From Botryllus schlosseri (lineage: Eukaryota): a stretch of DNA of 64,000 nt. Position 1 is the first letter of the stretch; the number at the start of each line of letters is the position of its first letter. Where the stretch lies: positions 3,722,001 through 3,786,000 of the forward strand of contig CM119371.1 of the NCBI GenBank assembly GCA_051294905.1, given 5' to 3'. A program made the translations under genes and the position numbers. Below the pieces are notes generated by a model. It was not told the origin of the DNA. It saw only the letters and a list, made by a program, of their open reading frames with translations, and searched no databases. Of this stretch, positions 29,401 through 38,532 are shown piece by piece.

Positions 29401-30075
29401 AGCTTCCCACTATGTAAATGACACATGAGCCGTCCACAGAGGAAAATGATGCGCCCCGTGAAAAAATGACAATTTGTGCGTGCTTCTCAAAAATTATTTA
29501 TTTTACTTTTCCTGTAGGTTACTACGTTTGGGTGGCGTGATTAAGAAGCAATCGTAATCGCAATCGATTACATTCATGACGTAATCACGCCATGTCTGAC
29601 AGGCTGCACTACAAAGTTCCTGGTAAAACACTTACGTTGGTCTGTTGGAATTGCTTCAATTTCAGAATGCATGGTGTAGTTGTTGGTGATCTTGTTCACG
29701 GTAATCTGATCTCCCGCCACAACGTTAACCGAGCTGTTTATGATCCGTTGATTGACGTTTTCGCCTACTGCCAAACTTGCTGATTCTGAGACGCGCGAGA
29801 ATATTGTAATAGTTCCGATGCATACTCATTTGTAAGCATTTGCATATCAAATTGCGATCATGGAAACTTCCCAGAATGTCTTACTAGTACTAGATTATGC
29901 AGCGCGCTAATAACATTATATTTCAATGACTTTAACATGATTTTATATGGATAATATTGAGGAAATAAATAGGAACTCAAATAGACAAGTATAATCACTT
30001 ACTGCTTTCCCCGGCTGATAATGATGAAGGCAAAACTGGGTCACCAGAATTTCGATATTCACCCCCTTCCGCCAT
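4011..30075 (-). CDS. Multi-exon NLR (NACHT) gene, about 928 aa. Exons: 30075-30003, 29785-29636, 19714-18266, 16263-15965, 12577-12473, 10589-10497, 9028-8882, 6687-6607, 6474-6307, 4232-4011
   Basis: All junctions are GT-AG and phase-compatible (1,1,1,0,0,0,0,0,0). Exon lengths sum to 2787 nt = 929 codons including the stop, with no internal stop. Starts MAEGGEY and ends SLFGCIVS*. The distal 3' exons are less certain than the core, and further small exons could have been missed. Confidence 0.7.
4623..6211. mobile_element. Non-autonomous DNA transposon with about 450-480 bp TIRs, TA-flanked
   Basis: 4623-5106 is the diverged reverse complement of 5763-6211; TA on both flanks; solo TIR copy at about 58278-58620. 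Confidence 0.85.
6307..6474 (-). CDS. Probable NLR exon 9 (LDLLDIVVNG...ACQQKK)
   Basis: T-rich tract then ttttag| acceptor; donor AAG|GTAGTG; 168 nt, phase 0. Confidence 0.65.
6607..6687 (-). CDS. Probable NLR exon 8 (ISKIVLDCTEEENIDWSMIETCWEKYQ)
   Basis: Acceptor gttcag|, donor |GTATGA; 81 nt, phase 0. Confidence 0.6.
7513..7803. mobile_element. hAT-type MITE (TAGGGTTACC family)
   Basis: TAGGGTT...GGTAACCCTA termini; tgtaaaa repeated on both flanks; AGAGGAC motifs shared with 45261-45700. Confidence 0.65.
8882..9028 (-). CDS. Probable NLR exon 7 (DSTLSFKTV...SEYKVKK); alternative in-frame acceptor at 9079
   Basis: Acceptor tttattttcgcag|, protein-like ORF, donor AAG|GTCTGC. Confidence 0.55.
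10497..10589 (-). CDS. Probable NLR exon 6 (VVELSVDGWVELKNEEDVIKISGYQIEGHIK)
   Basis: Acceptor attcag|, open frame, weaker donor AAG|GTTGGA; 93 nt. Confidence 0.55.
11576..12368. mobile_element. Palindromic (foldback) MITE
   Basis: Left half is the diverged reverse complement of the right half; shares the aaatttggntcaattccaac motif with the 4623 family. Confidence 0.8.
12473..12577 (-). CDS. NLR exon 5: RI-type LRR (VKEVDLRENKLSATALRSL...)
   Basis: LxxLxLxxNxL-like pattern; acceptor tccag|, donor |GTGAGA; 105 nt, phase 0. Confidence 0.8.
13988..14524. mobile_element. hAT MITE (GACTCGAG-rich) inserted in an older GTAATT-rich element
   Basis: CAGGGTT...AACCCTG termini; perfect TSD attgtagt. 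Confidence 0.88.
15965..16263 (-). CDS. NLR exon 4: HD2 and first LRR-like repeats
   Basis: ELYTAIYES...LKCLKLFICKINDELLTII; acceptor ctaacag| in phase 1, donor CAT|GTGAGT. Confidence 0.88.
16915..17755. mobile_element. hAT MITE (CCGATA-rich subterminal repeats) containing a (GA)n tract
   Basis: TAGAGGTCGGCCGAT...ATCGGTCGACCTCTA; degenerate TSD. Confidence 0.75.
18266..19714 (-). CDS. NLR exon 3: NACHT NTPase, HD1, winged helix and start of HD2
   Basis: Walker A ASAGSGKTT, Walker B LFFDGLDQ, sensor ISSRE, SIPVFL, WHD motif FFCHQSLQEFLAA; acceptor ttatcttccag|, donor G|GTGAGT. Confidence 0.95.
20301..21215. mobile_element. hAT MITE (GAGTCAAGTC subterminal repeats)
   Basis: CAGTGTTGG...CCAACACTG; perfect TSD cctggtgc; sister copy at 43389-44307. 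Confidence 0.92.
21638..22915. mobile_element. hAT (Charlie-like) non-autonomous element
   Basis: CAGGGGTTCTCAACC...GGTTGAGAACCACTG; perfect TSD gtttataa. Confidence 0.9.
28118..29065. mobile_element. hAT MITE (GTGAAC subterminal repeats)
   Basis: TAGGGATGGTGTGAAC...GTTCACACCATCCCTA; perfect TSD ctttctac. Confidence 0.92.
29636..29785 (-). CDS. NLR exon 2, RHIM-like N/V/I-rich segment (SASLAVGENVNQRIINSSVNVVAGDQITVNKITNNYTMHSEIEAIPTDQ)
   Basis: Acceptor tctcag|, donor C|GTAAGT, 150 nt, phase 1-1; joins in frame to the NACHT exon. Confidence 0.75.
30003..30075 (-). CDS. NLR exon 1 (MAEGGEYRNSGDPVLPSSLSAGES)
   Basis: atcATGG start context; strong donor A|GTAAGT in phase 1, matching the next exon. 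Confidence 0.7.
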
Positions 30076-30694
30076 GATAACAATCACGCAATGTTAAATA
30101 GTTGCTGTATCAGACAATACTAAAATTGCAAGGACAGTCAATTAACAGCCTAAAATATTTGAGAAATTTATTTGAATAGCGCGTCGAGAATAAAGGACTC
30201 AATTCGAGTACTCTGATTCAGGAGCTGTTAACATCCAAAATTTGGAACACACAATAACCATGTGAACAAATAGGATTGGTGTAACAAAATACAAGAATTA
30301 TGCTCGCGGCGCTCAGCTTAATTTCTGGCCGTTTCAAGACGTGATACAGTAAATAAAAGAAATTTATCCCACAAACATAAATTCACAGTTTATCATTTCC
30401 CAGGAATGCTCAGCCGCCTAGCGTGCCGAATACTGCATCACATGACGTCTGACGAGACAAACCAACGGAACCCAGTTTAGACCCACTTTTTCAACTTCAC
30501 ATCACAAAAAATGCAAAACTTGTACCATTCAAAGGATGAATCGTTAGAAAAAACTATCGAGACAAAATCCACGTGGTGACCAGTAGCATGGAACAAAAAT
30601 TTTCATGAGGAGGGTGGCGGAATGAGGAGGGTGGCGGCCACCCCATACAATACGATTAAACGCCCGCCGTCTGCGATTGCAAAAGTAGTATATG

Positions 30695-31200
30695 TGGTCG
30701 GTCGTGACTTGGTGTTTTTTGCATGGGGTAGTATAGGCCCCGCTGGTGAGGTGCCGCGAAACTCGTGGTGGCACATCGTACTTTTTGACCCCCCCCTCTC
30801 GGTCGCACATCGTAATGCGTTCTTATGGGTGCGCTCGCACATCGTACTTTCAGGTATAGGCATCTGTCGCACATCGTATTGAAAACTCGTGTTGGCACAT
30901 CGTACTTTTAGGTATAGGCATCTGTCGCACGTCGTACTTTCGCATGTCGTATTTCTCGTATAGGCAGTGGTGGTGACTCGCCATGTGTTCTTATGGGTGC
31001 GGTCGTGATTCGCCTTTTCAGGTATAGGCCGCGGTCGTGATTCGCCGTGAAAACTCGTGGTCGTGACTCGCCTTTTTTGCTATAGGCGGTGGCGGTGATT
31101 CGCCTGTCATGTATTCTTACGGGATCTGTGGTGACTCGCCATATGTTCTTATGGGTGCGGTCGTGAATCGCCCTTTCGGGTATAGGCATCTCTCGCACTG
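30695..31200. repeat. Composite tandem repeat array (gcacatcgtact and gtcgtgactcgcc units)
   Basis: About 25-32 bp units with recurring modules ggtataggc, ttcttatgggtgcg and gaaaactcgt. Confidence 0.85.
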
Positions 31201-34200
31201 TGTTGAATATGTATCACCTCTTAGGAATCACTTGCTTGGTAATATTTTGGTAATTAGTTTGCCACAGAGCCGACGTAGACGGCGATTCGAATACCAACAA
31301 TAGCCGCGTTCACAAATTAACACTTCAAAAAGGTGTGAAATAGTTTGCAAAACCCCGCGATCGCCCACAAGATAACACCTCGGACATAACCATCTTTCGC
31401 GACTTGGTGTTACAGGCATATCGATCGCTCACGCGGTGAAATTTTCGTAAGCAGTTTGTCAGAGAACTTGATTTCACTCGTAAGATTTAATAAGTAACGA
31501 ATAACAGACCGTCAGTGTCGGTGGTAACTTGAATAGCGACAAATTGTCACTTATTTCCGCTCTAACCCTAATTCTTTGTGAAGTGAACGCTTATTCAAAA
31601 AGGTGTGAAATAATTTTAAAATCCTACGACCACTCACAGGGTAATACTTCAGACATAGCGATCGCGCATGATTTGGTGTTACAGACATACCGATCGCTCA
31701 CAAGGTAATATTTCGTAATTAGTTTGTCACAGAGTCGTCGCAGACGGTGATTCGTAAACCAACAATTTGACACTTTCTGGTATGGTCGCTATATGTTTTT
31801 GACACTTTGTCCGTGTTTGACTTTAGTTGTATGATAAGAATCATGCGAATATTCAAACAATGTATCAATTGAATGAAATGAAACTTACTACACAGCTCAA
31901 GTTGATTCGTATTTGAATGTGTTGATCCGGTACAATTCTAATTAATTTGAGAAATCTTTTTAACGCGATCTTTTGATTCGACCGTAACCTGAATATTACT
32001 GACGCCGACTTTCAGTCACATTGAATTATTCACACATTCCACGCCGCTGTTTTAACAGTTATAGAATCAATACCAACTATCTCTAACCCGATAATATTCA
32101 ATCATTTTGGTAATTTACCAACTTTAAATCCATTCGCGGATGTACTAAAGGTAAATCCAAATAATCCAAAATGAAATATTTGGACTTTGACATAGTCTGA
32201 ATTGAAATAGATTGACAAACATGACTACCAACTTTCCCGCAGTCCCATTTCGATATTATATGCACATTGATTTGAAACAAGTAATGAAACATTGCAACTC
32301 TATTCGCGATCCCGCTTTCCGTTTGTCAAAGAGATATTTTAACATCTTACCATACTCAAAAGAATTCTTCACAACATTAACAATTGTTAAAAATCTAGTT
32401 TTCACTTACTTGATTATATCACTACAACTCACAAACTCGAATTAATTCATCCTGGCTGTATTCGTATGATCGGTCTTTTTTATTCGATTGTAAAGGTCGT
32501 TACTATTCTGAAGACAAAGTATTTACTAATCGGTACATATACGATTTGACTTGGACATATTATATTTTGAGTATACGAGATTTGAATGTCCAAACAATAA
32601 CTGAGAATTAATTTATCACAATTAAATCCGTATATTACAGCGTAAAAGATATTGGGGTGTCAGCAACTCTGTACGGTCGTAGTTACAACCACATTAACTA
32701 ATCTACCCAGGCAACTCGTCATGATCATTCCTGAAATCAACACAAACACGACCACTGACTTGAGTTAACCGCGAAACAGCATCAAGTTTTAAATCCGCTT
32801 GCAGCTGACGGATTATTCGAATGCATCGATGGAGAATATTATTGAACTCGTCGGTATTGTTACTTCAACAAATTACACCGACTGCGAAAGTTAATATCGA
32901 ATGGTAAGACTTGATCACATATTTGTTGATCACAGACATGACAAAAAACATTACCGAGATTTTATAAACTATAGTCATATTACTCTACACATCTATCAAT
33001 ATCAAAATGCGAGTCATCCAATTTTTCTACTAAAGTAACATTGCACTTTCGGATTCGGTATAGTCATACAAATTGTATTAAATCCAACATCAAAACAAAA
33101 GGATTTTTTTTTTTAGTTTATTGAAATCAAATCATTCGTCTTCGACTTGTGCTTTTCTAGATTGCACGCAACAATTCGTTACGAATGAGCTGTAACCAAA
33201 GTTGAGAATTCTTTGTGTCCACAGATATAGAAGATGAATATAGCTAACACAATCACGAATCGACGTTTCAGAGTATTTCACGGATGTAATAAACTTGTTA
33301 GTGTCGCCTATCTAAAAGTATGCATGCGTTCGATTTCCATACCGACTGTTGCGATGTTTAGGATTCGCTTACAATGACCAAGAGTGAGGATTTAACATCA
33401 ATGTCGTAACTGGAGGTATTCACAACAGAGAATCGAAACATTACACAGGGTGAAAATATATCTTTGATATCAAAGCACTATCCCAAGTACACGATTAATA
33501 CTCAACTCCGTTCACACTTTCTATAGAACGTGCTAAATGTAAAATATCACGAGGTTGCACTCTAAGACTTTGATCATTACAAAAGTAAATTGAATATGTT
33601 TGCTCGACGCATTCATTTCAACTAGAAATGTCTAGTGCACAACAATCGTAATATTAAGGAAGTACTTGCTACACTGTAATTCACTAAACGTGTTTTGCAT
33701 TGTTGTTCATTTGTAGCATTGATTGAAATTGTTTTTTGAACCCTCAAATAATAATTCCCGACATGAAACCAAACCGCTGAAAGTCGTTACCAACACAAAG
33801 AAACACTTTGTACGATGTTTGCCAAATGTACCCTATGGTTAGGTGTACTAGAATTATTTGTGTAACACATACACCTACAATGTAATCGAAAATTTTTCCG
33901 TTGTCATTCGCTAAAGTAAATGTCATCACAATACTCTGTCACTAAAGATCTTACTTGTATCTGATTGAATCACCGATAATTAACTCGCTAAATCAAACCA
34001 TAAGGAAATTTCACTCACTCATCAGATATGAAACAGCGTCGCTTAATCGGTGTAGATCGTTTTTCTAAATGCAAATCATACCTGGCCAACAGAAAACAAT
34101 TTCCACTCACCTTGTAATGAAACCAAGTGGTGGACCTTTCGTTCAATATTTTGTTTGTGTCAAATACTTTGCAATAAACACAGTGGAGTGGTCGAGCTTT

Positions 34201-34715
34201 ACATCAGCAGACTGTAATCTGTAAATCAAGCTTACATCCGACTTGTAACTGTATCGTTTACCTAACCGAGTTGTATGCACAGTTTGATATTTTTTGTTAT
34301 TTGGTAATTGCTGAATATACTACTTCGAAATACTCCCTTGAACGTAATTTCCATCATCGTAATAATCGAAGTACATTTGTGTCGAATTCGTAACAGCCGA
34401 CTATGACATGATAAATTTTTGACAAGTTATGCTTGGAAGATTGGTTGTATATCACGAAAAATAATTACCGCTCATATTGATACTGCTATCCATTGTTCGG
34501 TATTTTCAAACGAGTAAAATTTATTACTTGAGTTACTCCGCTTAATGCAAATGTAAACACAACCGTCTTTCAACATCGCAAAGACATCGATACAAAGTAT
34601 ACATTATACAATCAAACGCAACAAGTTTTACTTTTGTAGGTTGTGTATGGTTATCCTGCATAACTCATTTCTTACCAAAGCCATATGAAATATATTCATG
34701 TTACACGAAAATATT

Positions 34716-35516
34716 CACTCATGCTACAAACCTGTGCAATGATTGGTGGTGCTTTCAAACTGTTTCGATACCTCAAGAACTTTATTGTCTGAATGGTTGT
34801 TCATGTATCGTAATAATCAAGTAGTTCAACACAGAACTAGTATTAACAGAAACACCAGAGTTGTTTACACAAAAGTTTGTATGTGTACAGTATACGAATA
34901 CCATGTGTAAGTCCAGCACAATTGTGGTATCCATACGAGTTTAGTTAACACAATTTACGACACCGAGGTCGCGTCATCTTTCGTAAGACAACAAACCAAG
35001 GCTTCAGGATATGTCCATGTCATAGCAATGAATCGGCTACTCCAACAACAGAGTGCATATGTTTTCTAGTTACGGTGCTTACATCTTACACACAAATCAA
35101 TCTACTTTGCTAACGAAAAGTGGTGAGTCATCATATGGTTATCCTCACTAGTAAAACATACTATCATACAAAATGGTCGTTATAGTTTGCACACCAACGG
35201 TACATCGTACAAGTAACAAGTCTCGAGAATCCAGTTATTCAAAAAACGTGAAAGTATTTCTACACCAAGTCGTTATGTTGACGAAAGCGTATATTGTAAT
35301 ATCATGATCGATTTGCATTCGTTGGTCACTAACTGTCACTACTCTAAATAATTCTTTTTCACTCAAACACAAACGCATACTTGTCACCATTCGTTTTCAT
35401 CAAGTACGAGTTCAAGAAACTTACTACGACATGAATTTTTATTTTTATGTTGTGTAAATAGGTAATAATTAATTCAAGTAACACTATATCAACATCATCG
35501 ACTTGTGCTAATAGAT
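34716..35516 (+). repeat. Left arm of 801-bp inverted repeat
   Basis: Reverse complement of 37732-38532; one mismatch noticed by eye. Confidence 0.93.
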
Positions 35517-36819
35517 AATTGTATCGAGATTTAACGCAGATTACTATCCGTTCACTGATTCACTCGATGGTTTTAGCAACTTGTAACAACACAAGATAGA
35601 TACGACTGGAATTACTAATATTCATAATGTTTATGATAAGTGTCGTTACCGATCGTTCACTAAGTCGATATGAATATTCGAAAAATCGGATGTCACTACT
35701 CTCAACACCAGTGATTCGGTTTAAGTTTGAAATCGATTTGATAATGTAATCCAAGGTGTGTTTCTGTGGGATATGCTAACCTTTACGAGAGAGTGCTGTC
35801 GCTTTGACGCATGAAACAATTATTATTAACCACACCTTGCGTGCATCGATTTGTCGGCGTCGTACAATTATTGTGACCAGGCCCCATATTTACCTGTGGA
35901 TATATCACTCTAATGATAGGCGTTGCATACTGTACCGTTCGCTGTATCGAGAGCACCAATGGTAGTTGAGTGAATAACCAAGATGGACAAATATACCCGT
36001 TTGTTTGTCTGAATTTTACATTGGATCTCCAAGCCTTCTGTCGTCTATGCCACCGATTGATTTTATTGACCTCACGATGCAATAACGAAGTCCTGGAGGG
36101 TATGATGATGTTGTCTATGGGTCATACCGATGTGTGCATAAACACCCAACATTGATACACTGATACATTGTATGTAATGTCATAAATCACATTCACGTGA
36201 ATACTTGGTAGGGTTGAACCATCGTAAAATATATATTCGATATGTATTGTCATTTTTCACGAAAAAAATCAAGGGTTGTGAATCTACATGTTTAATTACA
36301 TTTGGTCATTGGTTCTGCTTTATCGCTTTGCATTGAATATCCGGATCCGGTTATGAACTGACCTGTATTGGGTTTGTAATTCCATACTGAATGGGGCGAT
36401 ATGTATTGACCAAACCGATTACCGCTACATATCGCTGTACGTATAATCTGTATAGGGTGAGCAAGGAAATTAATCACAAGTAACCCGGAATCGTTAGCAC
36501 GATGGGTAGTATGCGTTCCTACATTTTCCGAAGATTGTTATCCGTGTATCAACCAGTTAACAAAGGTGGGGGATTACAACTTTAGACGGATTGGTTCTGG
36601 AAAATCTAAAGCACGAACCCGGACATCGCAGTCATATCGAAATAGCGCATTGTTATTGTGTTTGTGTGTGTGTGTGTGGCTAACCGTCGATTTTGATGGG
36701 ATGCGCCAGAGCAAGTGAGTATGCGATTACACAAATGTATCGGAGTCGTTGTTGGTGTATATTTTGTCACTGTCCGTTGTAACAATATACAAAAATATCA
36801 AATTGGCCGGTGTGGTTGT

Positions 36820-37485
36820 CAGTTTTCAAAACGAAAATGGTATTGTTACCCAGGGAAAAAATGTATTTCCAAGTGAAAACGGTATTGGTACTCAGTTAAA
36901 TGATAGTTTCCAGACGAAAAGGGTTTGTTACCCAGGAGAAAATGATTAGTTACTCTAGGTAAAAGTATTTTTTCAAGTGAAAATGTATTGTTACACTGGG
37001 TAAACGCCGGATCTCCAAAGGAAAATGATATTTTTATTCGGGTAAACGACGGACCACCAAGTGAAAATGGTTTGTTGCTCAGGGAAAAAGGGTTGTTACT
37101 CTAGGTAAAAGTATTTTTCCAAGCGAAAATGTATTGTTACACTGGGTAAACGCCAGATCCCCAAAGGAAAATGATATTTTTACTCAGGTAAACGACGGAC
37201 CACCAAGTGAAAATGGCTTGTTGCTCAGGGAAAAAGGTTTGTTACCCGGGGAAAAGGTTTGTTAACCAGAGAAAAAATATATTTCCAAGTGAAAAAGGTT
37301 TGTTACCCAGAGAAAAAATATATTTCCAAGTGAAAAAAGGTTTGTTAGCCGAGGAAAAAAATATTTACAAGTGAAAATGGTTTCCTACTCTGGGTAAACG
37401 TCAGATCTCCAAAGGAAAATAATATGTTTAGTTAGGTAAACGATGGACTGGCAAGTGAAAGTGGTAATTTTACATAGGTAAACGT
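36820..37485. repeat. Higher-order tandem array (ccaagtgaaaa / ttgttaccc / ggtaaacg)
   Basis: About 36-bp subunits; a 146-bp block is repeated at 36951 and 37097. Confidence 0.85.
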
Positions 37486-37731
37486 CGTGGGTTCAGTGTC
37501 GTTGGTCTTGTTAAACGTTATCGCTTGACGTTGGTATACTATTACGAGTGTGAAAAGGCTATGCATGTCTTGTGCGGAGTATCGCGACAGTGAACATATT
37601 TTTGGTGTGACGAAACAAGATCGTTGTTTACATGTTAATGCATTTCGATTACCGAGTAGCTGTACAACAGAGAGGAGTCTACAGTTAGTTCGTGCTGTAT
37701 GTCCCGATGAAAACCACAAGACCACATGTAA

Positions 37732-38532
37732 ATCTATTAGCACAAGTCGATGATGTTGATATAGTGTTACTTGAATTAATTATTACCTATTTACACAACA
37801 TAAAAATAAAAATTCATGTCGTAGTAAGTTTCTTGAACTCGTACTTGATGAAAACGAATGGTGACAAGTATGCGTTTGTGTTTGAGTGAAAAAGAATTAT
37901 TTAGAGTAGTGACAGTTTGTGACCAACGAATGCAAATCGATCATGATATTACAATATACGCTTTCGTCAACATAACGACTTGGTGTAGAAATACTTTCAC
38001 GTTTTTTGAATAACTGGATTCTCGAGACTTGTTACTTGTACGATGTACCGTTGGTGTGCAAACTATAACGACCATTTTGTATGATAGTATGTTTTACTAG
38101 TGAGGATAACCATATGATGACTCACCACTTTTCGTTAGCAAAGTAGATTGATTTGTGTGTAAGATGTAAGCACCGTAACTAGAAAACATATGCACTCTGT
38201 TGTTGGAGTAGCCGATTCATTGCTATGACATGGACATATCCTGAAGCCTTGGTTTGTTGTCTTACGAAAGATGACGCGACCTCGGTGTCGTAAATTGTGT
38301 TAACTAAACTCGTATGGATACCACAATTGTGCTGGACTTACACATGGTATTCGTATACTGTACACATACAAACTTTTGTGTAAACAACTCTGGTGTTTCT
38401 GTTAATACTAGTTCTGTGTTGAACTACTTGATTATTACGATACATGAACAACCATTCAGACAATAAAGTTCTTGAGGTATCGAAACAGTTTGAAAGCACC
38501 ACCAATCATTGCACAGGTTTGTAGCATGAGTG
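37732..38532 (-). repeat. Right arm of 801-bp inverted repeat
   Basis: Reverse complement of 34716-35516. Confidence 0.93.

Larger units (their letters stand above)
30684..38532. mobile_element. Possible decayed large DNA element (Polinton/Maverick-like); right boundary unknown
   Basis: Begins AGTAGTA, followed by GC-rich tandem subrepeats; about 8 kb free of the MITEs seen elsewhere. No protein homology recognised and no second terminus found. Confidence 0.3.

Noticed and set aside
30544..31303. Cluster of overlapping ORFs, or a CRISPR-like array
   Set aside because: GC-rich tandem repeats with recurring, non-unique spacers in a eukaryotic context; no cas genes.
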